From assembly GCA_026705465.1 (NCBI GenBank), contig JAPPAP010000032.1, forward strand, positions 2,693 through 66,692: a DNA stretch of 64,000 nt, read 5' to 3'. How positions within the stretch are numbered: position 1 is the stretch's first letter; each line of letters starts with the position of its first letter. A program made the translations under genes and the position numbers. Positions 34,198 to 42,346 of this stretch are shown here, piece by piece. The stretch comes from a bacterium (GTDB lineage: Bacteria > Actinomycetota > Acidimicrobiia > Acidimicrobiales > Bin134). The notes under the pieces were generated by a model, which worked only from the letters and a program-made list of their open reading frames with translations, did not search any database and was not told the DNA's origin.

Positions 34198-35612
34198 TCG
34201 TCCTCAGGATCGCTGGGCTCGGTCAACTCCGACACTGCCTCAGCCTCCACCAACTCAGCCGCGGCCACGGCTCGGGGATACGCCTCCACCGGTGAGACAC
34301 CCTCGATTCTTCTGACTCCGCTCACTGGGCCCAATTCCTCAAATCTGCGCGCCCGGGGAAGCACTCGACCCTCCAATGAGCCAATGCTGTCGTTGTAGGC
34401 CTTCACCGCCCGCTGCAATCCCTTGCCCACATTGTCAACGTGGCCGGCATAGACCCTCAGGCTGTCGTACAAGGCGGTGGCGCCATCGGCAATTTCTTGG
34501 GCGTTCTCTTGGAGATCCTGCTGCTGCCAGGCCAGAGCCACGGTGCGCAGAAACGCCAACAAGAGTCCGGGCGTGGCAATGAGCACCCGGTGTTTCTGCC
34601 AGGCGTCTTCCCACAAGGTGGGCTGCACGTCTACCGCGGCATCCAGTATCGGGTCAGCCGGTACGAACATGACCGTGAAGTCGGGGGACCCACCTATCGC
34701 CGCGGCGTAGTCCTTGTCCCCCAGCTCCTTTGCGCGCCCCATCAGAGATCGGGCATGGCTCTGAAGCAACTCACCCTGACGCTGTTCATCCTTCTCGCTG
34801 TGGGCTTCGAGGTAGGAGTCCAGTGGGGTCTTGGCATCTATTACCACCTGCACGCCGCCGGGCACCCGGACCACGGCATCGGGCCGCACGCTGCCATCGT
34901 CGGTGGCAACGGTGTGCTGTTCGACAAAGTCGATGTGTTCCCGCATTCCCGACACCTCGAGGATGTTGCGCAGCGTCTGCTCCCCCCATAGTCCCCTCAC
35001 TTGCGGCGAGCGCAGGGCCTCTCTCAATCCGCCGGTTGCCTCTCGGAGCTGTCCGATCTGCGTCGTCAGTCCCTCGTAGGCTCCTTCCCGCTTCTCTTCA
35101 ATCTCGTTGACCCGCTTCTCGAACTTGGCCAAGTTCTCCTTGACCGGCTTGACCAGCTCGTCGATGGCCTGCTGGCGCTGCTTCAAGTCGGCCTCGCTGA
35201 GCTTCTTCTGATTCTCAAACTGCTCTTTGGCCTGCTTGAGGAAAGCCTCGCTGTTGGCCTTGGTCACATCGTCGGCGATGCCCTTGAACTGGGTCTCCAC
35301 CTCCTCTCGGGCCTTGGCCAGTTCCTCCGTGCGAGCTTCATGCTCGGCCTCCGCAGCAGCCAGTCTTCGTAGAGCGTCCTCCCGTTCACCCCGGACTTTC
35401 TCCAACTCGGTCCGGGCTGCATCGCGCTCGCTTCGAGTCTCATTGAACTGCCGATCGCGCTCGTATAGCTGGGTCTCCAGCTGGGCCGTCCTTGTCCTTA
35501 GCTCACCTGTGTCGCCAGCGGCAGCCCCTCCCCCAGCCAGGCGCCACCGCTGCACGACAACGGCGAAGGCGGCCACCAAAACCGCAAGAACGATGAGAAG
35601 AACAATCTCCAT
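34194..35612 (-). CDS. rmuC: DNA recombination protein RmuC
   Basis: The ATG at 35612 gives an N-terminal TM helix, followed by a long coiled coil. An RmuC-type C-terminal region follows (FVEQHTV..VRPDAVVRVPGG..VIDAKTPL..MFVP). Confidence 0.8.
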   Translation of the reverse strand: MEIVLLIVLAVLVAAFAVVVQRWRLAGGGAAAGDTGELRTRTAQLETQLYERDRQFNETRSERDAARTELEKVRGEREDALRRLAAAEAEHEARTEELAKAREEVETQFKGIADDVTKANSEAFLKQAKEQFENQKKLSEADLKQRQQAIDELVKPVKENLAKFEKRVNEIEEKREGAYEGLTTQIGQLREATGGLREALRSPQVRGLWGEQTLRNILEVSGMREHIDFVEQHTVATDDGSVRPDAVVRVPGGVQVVIDAKTPLDSYLEAHSEKDEQRQGELLQSHARSLMGRAKELGDKDYAAAIGGSPDFTVMFVPADPILDAAVDVQPTLWEDAWQKHRVLIATPGLLLAFLRTVALAWQQQDLQENAQEIADGATALYDSLRVYAGHVDNVGKGLQRAVKAYNDSIGSLEGRVLPRARRFEELGPVSGVRRIEGVSPVEAYPRAVAAAELVEAEAVSELTEPSDPEDD

Positions 35613-35716
35613 AGGTCCGCATCCTAGAAACCCCCGGTGACAGTTTCCGGCAGCGTCGCCAATCAACCACTTGGCCTAACCTTCAACCCGCCCGCAGAAC
35701 AACGAGGAGACTCCTA

Positions 35717-36793
35717 ATGCCCCAGATGAACGAGCTCGGCTTCTACACCCTGGCCGGGGCGCCGGAATCGCCTCGGGAGCTGATCGCCGAGGTCCGCCAG
35801 GCCGAGGAGCTGGGCATCGGCAACGTGTTCATCAGCGAGCGGTTCAACATCAAAGAGGCGGCCACCCTCTCGGGGGCGGTGGGCGTTGCTGCCGAATCCA
35901 TGGGCATTGCCACCGCGGCCACCAACCACCACACCCGTCATCCCGTGGTGACCGCGGCCTACGCCATGACCATGCACAAGCTCACTGGCGGGCGCTTCTG
36001 CCTCGGCATCGGCCGGGGGGTCGACCGCTTGTCGCAGGCATTCGGCCTCAGCGCCATCACCACCGCCCAGATGGAGGACTTCACAGGCATCATGCGTCGG
36101 CTCTGGCAGGGCGAGGCCATCTTCAACCACGAAGGCCCAATCGGGAACTACCCGGTGCTCACCCTCATGGGGGCCAGCAGCGAGCACATCCCCATGGCGC
36201 TCACCGCCTTCGGCCCCAACTCCCTGGCCCTGGGCGGTCGCTGCTTCGACGCGGTGGTGCTGCACACATTCTTCACCGATGAGACCACCGCCCGGGTGGT
36301 GGGCGCTGTCAAGCGATCGGCCGAAGAGACAGGGCGCGACCCAGATTCGGTGAAGGTGTGGAGTTGCTTCGCCACCATCGGCGACCACCTCCCTGAAGAC
36401 ATCCGACTCAAGAAAACGGTGGGACGCATGGCCACCTATCTCCAGGGTTATCCCGAGCTCATGGCCCGCACCAACAACTGGGACCCCGCCGCCCTGGAGC
36501 GTTTCCTGGCCGACGACCTGGTGGCCAACTTCCAAGGCGCTATCGACCAGGTGGCCACCACCGACCAACTCGAGCACATCGCCGAGCTGATCCCCGAAGA
36601 ATGGCTCGCCCCCGCCGCCACCGGCACCCCCGCCCACTGCGTGGAAAAGATCCGGGGCCAGTTCGACCTGGGCTGTGATGGCGTCATCCTCCACGGCGCC
36701 AGCCCCACCCAACTCCGCCCCATCGTCGAGGAGTACGCCCGCACCCGCCCCGCAGGCCAATTCGACCACCTGCCCGCCAACCCCGGCGGCTGA
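35717..36793 (+). CDS. LLM-class F420/flavin-dependent oxidoreductase
   Basis: 358-aa ORF with GIGNVFISERF and GGRFCLGIGRG. An RBS (GAGGAG) lies upstream. Confidence 0.8.
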   Translation: MPQMNELGFYTLAGAPESPRELIAEVRQAEELGIGNVFISERFNIKEAATLSGAVGVAAESMGIATAATNHHTRHPVVTAAYAMTMHKLTGGRFCLGIGRGVDRLSQAFGLSAITTAQMEDFTGIMRRLWQGEAIFNHEGPIGNYPVLTLMGASSEHIPMALTAFGPNSLALGGRCFDAVVLHTFFTDETTARVVGAVKRSAEETGRDPDSVKVWSCFATIGDHLPEDIRLKKTVGRMATYLQGYPELMARTNNWDPAALERFLADDLVANFQGAIDQVATTDQLEHIAELIPEEWLAPAATGTPAHCVEKIRGQFDLGCDGVILHGASPTQLRPIVEEYARTRPAGQFDHLPANPGG

Positions 36794-36820
36794 CGGTGCG
36801 AGCGGTATAGCGTCTTGGCG

Positions 36821-37657
36821 ATGCAAACCGTCACGACGACCGTTGCCGGGCTGGGGATGCGGGAGTTCACCGGGGGGTCGGGGGACCCGCTGGTGATGCT
36901 GCACCACTCGTTTGGGAATCCCGGGTGGATGCCCATTCACGAAGCTCTGGCCGAGCGATACACCGTGCATGCGCCGGACTTGCCGGGCTATGGCGGCGCG
37001 GAGGGGTCGGAACGACCCGACTGGGCCCGCCATCCCCGCGACCTGGCTCTGCTGGTGGGCCAGTGGCTGAGGGCCAAAGACCTTGGCCCTGTCGAGCTAG
37101 TGGGCTGCGGGTTCGGGGGGTGGGTGGCGGCCGAGCTGGCCACCATGTCCCCTGAGCTCCTCAAGCGGCTTGTCTTGGTGGGGGCGGCCGGGTTGTTGCC
37201 CGAAAAGGGCCGTATTTTCGACCAGTTCCTGGTGTCGCACTCAGGCTACGTGCAGGCCGCCTTCTCCAACTCGGAGGTGTACGAGTCCGTCTTCCACAGC
37301 AACGGCGACGATCCCGACGAGCATCCGCTGGGCGACGAAACCTTGCTGGTGTGGGACATGAACCGGGAGATGACCACCCGGGTGGCGTGGAAGCCCTACA
37401 TGTACAACCGGCGGCTGCGCCCCCTTCTGGGCGGCGTCACGGTCCCCGTCTTGGTGGTGTGGGGCGACAGCGACGCCGTGGTGCCCATGGAGTGCGCCCA
37501 CGCCTACGTCGACGCCCTGCCCGATGCCCGCTTGGAGATCGTGCCGGACTGCGGACATGCCATCGATCTCGAAGCCCCCGAATCGCTTGCCACCATCATC
37601 ACAAGTGGCACCGCCAATTCAGGAGGCGCTGCACAAATCACCGGAGGAGCCGACTGA
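36821..37657 (+). CDS. Alpha/beta-fold hydrolase-like protein with a non-canonical nucleophile elbow
   Basis: It has an MhpC/BphD-like layout (PLVMLHH, DLPGYG, C-terminal CGHA). The elbow reads LVGCGFGG instead of G-x-S-x-G. The start is the ATG at 36821 or the TTG at 36815. Confidence 0.7.
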   Translation: MQTVTTTVAGLGMREFTGGSGDPLVMLHHSFGNPGWMPIHEALAERYTVHAPDLPGYGGAEGSERPDWARHPRDLALLVGQWLRAKDLGPVELVGCGFGGWVAAELATMSPELLKRLVLVGAAGLLPEKGRIFDQFLVSHSGYVQAAFSNSEVYESVFHSNGDDPDEHPLGDETLLVWDMNREMTTRVAWKPYMYNRRLRPLLGGVTVPVLVVWGDSDAVVPMECAHAYVDALPDARLEIVPDCGHAIDLEAPESLATIITSGTANSGGAAQITGGAD

Positions 37658-38946
37658 TGTTCTTGTCGTATTTCACCGAGCAGCCCATGAGCGCCTACCC
37701 GGCCGAGGAGGGCTTGAAGGAGGGCTTCACCTCGGTGTTGTTCTCCAACAAGTACTACGACCCGGTGGAGGGCAGCCGCCTGTTCAACGAGCGCATCGAG
37801 GAGTACAAGCTGGCCGAGCAGGTGGGCTTCGACGGGATCATGGTGAACGAGCACCACAACGCCCCGTTTTGCATGCAGGCCCGCATCACGGTCATGTCGA
37901 GCATCCTGGCCGCCATCACCGAGCGGGCCAAGATCGTGCAGCTCGGCAACCCGCTGCCCACCTACGACAGCCCGCTCATGTTCGCCGAGGAGATCGCCAT
38001 GATCGACATGATCTCCAAGGGCCGGCTGATCTCGGGCATCGTGAGAGGCGCGGGACAGGAGTCGGTGTGCCTCAACGCCAACCCGGCCTACAACCGGGAG
38101 CGGTTCAACGAGGCCCACGACCTGCTGGTGAAGACCATGACCGACGACGGCCCATTCTCCTGGGAGGGCGAGCACTTCCAGTACCGGGTGGTAAACCCCT
38201 GGGCCCGGGTGCTGCAAAAGCCCCACCCCCGCATCTGGGTGCCCGGCGTGTTCAGCGCCGAGACCATCCGCTGGGCGGCCCAGCACCGCTATCCCTACAT
38301 CTCGCTCAATACCCCGCTGCACCTCACCGGCGAGCTGTGGCAGATCTACGACCAGGCCGCACGAGCGGTGGGCTACGAGCCAGGGCCGGAGAACCGGGGC
38401 TATTTGCTGCGGGTCCACGTGCAAGAAGACGGCGACAAGGCCCGGGAGAACGCCCGTGAGTTCATGTGGATGCAGGGGGAGTTCACCGGCATCGGCCACC
38501 CCTATTGGACGAGCCCAGCAGGCTACGGTTCGTCGGCCCGCCGGCTGGACTACGCCAAGATGGCCAACGCCGAGATCAGGGGCTCACGGGCCGCCTCATT
38601 CGAGAAGCAGCTGGCCGCCCGGGAGATCGTGGCCGGAACCCCCGACGAGGTGATCCGCGAGCTGCGGGTGGTGCTGGAAACCTGCCGCCCGTCGATCCTC
38701 ATGCTGTGGGGCAACGACGGCGGCGTCAACCACGATGACTCGCTGCGGTGCATCGAGCTGATGGGCACTGAGGTGCTACCCGCCCTGCGGGATATGGGCG
38801 ACGAACTGGGATTGCACGATCCATTCGAGCTGGACTCCCCCATCAGCTTGGCCCTCACCCCGCCCGACGAGCTGAACCCCATTGAGTCTGACGACGACCG
38901 CCCTGAAGACGCCTCCGACAGCAAGGCGTTGCAGATGTTCCGGTGA
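37657..38946 (+). CDS. LLM-class flavin-dependent monooxygenase/oxidoreductase
   Basis: RBS GGAGGAG lies before the ATG at 37657, which overlaps the upstream TGA. The sequence MFLSYFTEQP..GFDGIMVNEHH is luciferase-like. Confidence 0.8.
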   Translation: MFLSYFTEQPMSAYPAEEGLKEGFTSVLFSNKYYDPVEGSRLFNERIEEYKLAEQVGFDGIMVNEHHNAPFCMQARITVMSSILAAITERAKIVQLGNPLPTYDSPLMFAEEIAMIDMISKGRLISGIVRGAGQESVCLNANPAYNRERFNEAHDLLVKTMTDDGPFSWEGEHFQYRVVNPWARVLQKPHPRIWVPGVFSAETIRWAAQHRYPYISLNTPLHLTGELWQIYDQAARAVGYEPGPENRGYLLRVHVQEDGDKARENAREFMWMQGEFTGIGHPYWTSPAGYGSSARRLDYAKMANAEIRGSRAASFEKQLAAREIVAGTPDEVIRELRVVLETCRPSILMLWGNDGGVNHDDSLRCIELMGTEVLPALRDMGDELGLHDPFELDSPISLALTPPDELNPIESDDDRPEDASDSKALQMFR

Positions 38947-38986
38947 CGGCTCTGCGGGCACAGCCCGATCCCAAAGGAGCACCTCG

Positions 38987-39454
38987 ATGACCGAACCACA
39001 ACCCCAGGTGTCCTACATCCATGCCGAAGACATGGACTTCGCCGAGGTGAAGAGCCAGCAGCACGCCGATGGGCGCCGGGTGTCGGTGTGGCTGAAGCTC
39101 ATGGAGCTGACCCAGGAGCGGGCGGTGTACCACACCCGCTACGACCCCGGACTTGTGCTTGAGCGCCATGGCCACAACAGCGACCACTTCGTGTTCGTGA
39201 TCGACGGTGAGGTGGTGTTTGACGAGGAGGTGTGCCGGGCCGGCACTCTCATCAAGCTCCCCCACCTGGCCTCATTCGGCCCCATCAAGGTGGGCGACGA
39301 GGGCGCCGAGATCCTGGAGATCTACTTCGGCGACTCCCGCCCCGCCCCCGCCGACAAAGCCGAGTACGCCGCCATCCTCGAAGAACGCGGCATCACCGAA
39401 CTCCCCCACCCCCCAGTGGACCTCCCCGACTGGTTCGGCCCAAGGACCGATTAG
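38987..39454 (+). CDS. Cupin domain protein
   Basis: RBS AAAGGAG lies before the ATG at 38987. The 155-aa protein has an HGHNSDHFVFVIDGE cupin motif. Confidence 0.6.
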   Translation: MTEPQPQVSYIHAEDMDFAEVKSQQHADGRRVSVWLKLMELTQERAVYHTRYDPGLVLERHGHNSDHFVFVIDGEVVFDEEVCRAGTLIKLPHLASFGPIKVGDEGAEILEIYFGDSRPAPADKAEYAAILEERGITELPHPPVDLPDWFGPRTD

Positions 39455-40572
39455 CCGGGAACTGGGATTCCGAAAAGCTTGGCCGGGTTGTCGGTCAGAA
39501 TCTTGCGCTTGCGCTCGTCGCTGAGATCGTCGCGCTCCACGAGCAGCTTCACCGAGTGGGGGAAGTCGCAGTCCCAGTGGCAGTAGTCCGAGGAGTAGCA
39601 CAGGACATCGTCGCCCACCTCGTCCATCACGTAGGGCAGGGCCGACTCGGTGGACTCCACCCCCACGAAGCACTGCCCCGACAAGAAGTACTCCGACGGC
39701 CTGCGGTCCAGTATGGGGGCCTGGTCGGGCATCAGCTCGTACTCTTCGTCCAAGCGCTCCAACCAGAACGGAAGCCAGCCGCAGCCCGCCTCCATAATGC
39801 CCACCCGCATGTTGGGGAACCGGTGCAAGATCCCGCCCACGGTGAAGTTCATGGTGGCCAGCATGGCCCCGAACGGGTGGGTGACGGCATGCTTCTCCAA
39901 GCGGGTGTCGTAGCGGTCTAACACGATGGGCACTTGGTCGGGGGCCTGTCCCCCGCCGTGCACGCACACCGCGGCCCCATGGCGGTCGGCCACCTCCCAC
40001 ACCGCGTCGAGGGCCGGATGGTTCAGGTTGCGGTCCAAGACGTGCTGGGCGGTCACCATGCCCACGAACAGGTCCGGATACTGAGTGAGGCACCGCTCCA
40101 GTTCGGCCGCGGCCCGCTCCGGGTCGATCAAGGGCAGCTTGGCCACCAGCTTGAGGCGGGTGGGATCGTGGGCCGCGTACGAGGCCCGGGCGTCGTTGAG
40201 CAATCGGCACAGCTCGTCAGCGAAGCCGGGGTCGCCCAGCGCCCACTCCTCGCCGGAGCCGGGCGGGAACATGATGGTCACATCGATGCCCTCGAGGTCC
40301 ATGTCGGTCATCCGAGGCCCAGGCACCGCCATTCCCTCCCGCTGAAGGGGCGTCTCGAAATCCAGTTCGCCTGCGGCGTATTGGCCGTAGTTCTGGTCGT
40401 CCTCGGTATGCACCGGCGATCCGGCCCCCGGCAAGTCGCCGTAGATCTCCTTCATCTTGGCCACGTACTCCACCATCTGCGGCCGCCATTCGGCGCTGAT
40501 CCCGTGGCGCCACTGGGGCGGCTCACCCCCGTGCCCGTCGGCGTCGATCACGTAGTACCCGTACTTGCCCAT
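39451..40572 (-). CDS. Amidohydrolase_2 family protein
   Basis: Shows YVIDADGH at the N-terminus and SSDYCHWD near the C-terminus. Confidence 0.8.
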   Translation of the reverse strand: MGKYGYYVIDADGHGGEPPQWRHGISAEWRPQMVEYVAKMKEIYGDLPGAGSPVHTEDDQNYGQYAAGELDFETPLQREGMAVPGPRMTDMDLEGIDVTIMFPPGSGEEWALGDPGFADELCRLLNDARASYAAHDPTRLKLVAKLPLIDPERAAAELERCLTQYPDLFVGMVTAQHVLDRNLNHPALDAVWEVADRHGAAVCVHGGGQAPDQVPIVLDRYDTRLEKHAVTHPFGAMLATMNFTVGGILHRFPNMRVGIMEAGCGWLPFWLERLDEEYELMPDQAPILDRRPSEYFLSGQCFVGVESTESALPYVMDEVGDDVLCYSSDYCHWDCDFPHSVKLLVERDDLSDERKRKILTDNPAKLFGIPVPG

Positions 40573-40646
40573 GGCACCATCGTGGCACTTGAGAGACTTA
40601 GCTGCTAGAAGTCAACCCGTGAGGTTCCAGCAATGAGGACTCGGCA

Positions 40647-41093
40647 GTGAAGGCAGTGGTGATCTTCGAGAGCCGCACGGGGAACACCCAGCGGGCGGCG
40701 GAGATGATCGGCGGAGAGCTGCGCCAGGCCGGCTACGAAGTGTCGGTGCGCCCGGTGCACGGGATCAAGCTCACCGAGATCGCCGAGGCCGACCTGTTGG
40801 CGGTGGGCACTTGGGTGGACGGGCTGGTGCTGTTCGGCCACCGACCCGGCGGCACGGCCAAGCTGATGACATTGCCGTCGCTGCACCACAAGCCGGTGGC
40901 CGCCTTCGCCACCTACAAGTGGTATCCCGGCAACTGCATCGACCAGATCGCCGATCTGCTGGCCTACAAGGGTGCCGATGTGATTCACCAACGGGCGTTC
41001 AACAAAGCGCAGCTCGACGTGCTGGTGCCTGAGTTCGTCGACAGCGTGCTGGCCACGGTGGGAGCGGCGGAGCCGGCCGGAGCCACCGCATGA
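40647..41093 (+). CDS. Flavodoxin-like protein
   Basis: The GTG start gives MKAVVIFESRTGNTQRAAE (FMN phosphate-binding loop). The protein is 148 aa. Confidence 0.7.
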   Translation: MKAVVIFESRTGNTQRAAEMIGGELRQAGYEVSVRPVHGIKLTEIAEADLLAVGTWVDGLVLFGHRPGGTAKLMTLPSLHHKPVAAFATYKWYPGNCIDQIADLLAYKGADVIHQRAFNKAQLDVLVPEFVDSVLATVGAAEPAGATA

Positions 41094-42319
41094 CCATGAC
41101 CGCCGAGTCGCCCGCTACATCCTCGACTGACATCGAGATGCCCCGCATCATCAGCGTGGACGACCACGTGGTGGAGCCGCCCGAGCTGTGGTCGAGCCGG
41201 CTGCCGGCCAAATACCGCGACGTCGGCCCCCGTATTGAGTACCTGCCCCAGGGCGAGGTTGTGCTCGACGGCGGCACCTACCGGGAGCGACCCGGCACCG
41301 AGGGCCGCAAGGTGGCCTGGTGGCTGTACGAAGATCACACCTACTCCATAAAGCGGCTTATCGCCGCGGCCGGCTACCCGTATGACGAGGTATCCGTCGA
41401 GGGCATCACCTACGACGAGATGCGCCCCGGCTGCTGGCAGCCGAAGGCCCGGGTGGCCGACATGGAGATGAACCACACCGACGCCTCGCTGTGCTTCCCC
41501 AACTACCCCCGGTTCTGCGGCCAGCTGTTCAACGAGCGCCAGGACAAAGAGCTCTCGCTGCTGTGCGTCAAGGCCTACAACGACTGGATGGTCGAGGAGT
41601 GGTGCGGCGATTCCGGGGGGCGGCTCATTCCGCTGTGCCTAGTGCCGCTGTGGGACGCCGAACTGGCCGCCGCTGAGATCTACCGCAACGCAGAACGAGG
41701 CGTGCGGGCGGTGGCGTTCAGCGAGCTGCCTACCTGGCTGGGGCTGCCCAGCATCCACTCGGGCTACTGGGACCCGTTCTTCGCCGCCTGTGCCGAGACC
41801 GGCACCGTGGTGTGCATGCACATCGGCTCGGGCACCCGCACCGTTTCGCCCGCCGACGACGCCCCCGACGCGGTGACCGCCTCGCTCATCTTCTGCAACA
41901 GCGCGGCCTCACTGGTCGACTTTCTCTATTCGGGCGTGCTGCACCGCTATCCCGACCTCAAGTTGATGTATGCCGAGGCCCAGATCGGGTGGATCCCCTA
42001 CGCCCTGGAGCGGGCCGACGACGTGTGGGTGACCCACGCCGGGTGGAGTGGGGCCAAGAACAACATCCCCGAGCCGCCGTCGTACTACTACTACCGCCAG
42101 GTGTACGGCTGTTTCTTCAAGGACAGCGTGGGCATGGACATGCTCGACCGGGTGGGCATCGACAACATCACCTTCGAGACCGACTACCCCCACACCGACG
42201 GCACGTGGCCCAACACCAAAGAGGTGGCCACCCGCCTGTTCGGCCACCTCGACGCCGAGTCGGTCTACAAGATCGCCCGCGGCAACGCCATCAAGCTGCT
42301 GGGCCTGGATTTCGACTGA
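41090..42319 (+). CDS. Amidohydrolase_2 family protein
   Basis: Shows IISVDDHVVEPPELW at the N-terminus and ETDYPHTDGTWP near the C-terminus. The start overlaps the flavodoxin stop (ATGA). Confidence 0.8.
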   Translation: MTMTAESPATSSTDIEMPRIISVDDHVVEPPELWSSRLPAKYRDVGPRIEYLPQGEVVLDGGTYRERPGTEGRKVAWWLYEDHTYSIKRLIAAAGYPYDEVSVEGITYDEMRPGCWQPKARVADMEMNHTDASLCFPNYPRFCGQLFNERQDKELSLLCVKAYNDWMVEEWCGDSGGRLIPLCLVPLWDAELAAAEIYRNAERGVRAVAFSELPTWLGLPSIHSGYWDPFFAACAETGTVVCMHIGSGTRTVSPADDAPDAVTASLIFCNSAASLVDFLYSGVLHRYPDLKLMYAEAQIGWIPYALERADDVWVTHAGWSGAKNNIPEPPSYYYYRQVYGCFFKDSVGMDMLDRVGIDNITFETDYPHTDGTWPNTKEVATRLFGHLDAESVYKIARGNAIKLLGLDFD

Positions 42320-42346
42320 AGCCGGCACAAAGCCGGCGACACACCT

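Noticed and set aside
36791-36823. A second possible read-through TGA: the LLM stop at 36791..36793 is in frame with the following hydrolase ORF (..PANPGG-TGA-RCERYSVLAMQT..).
   Set aside because: Only seven intervening codons are involved, so the lack of a stop is unremarkable. I found no stable hairpin after the TGA, and no U-x-x-C-type context conserved with any known family. The hydrolase has its own plausible start, and the two domains are independent families. It is most likely chance.
35714-37033. 439-aa minus-strand ORF.
   Set aside because: It is antisense to the LLM gene at 35717..36793. It is Gly/Val/His-rich and shows no motifs.
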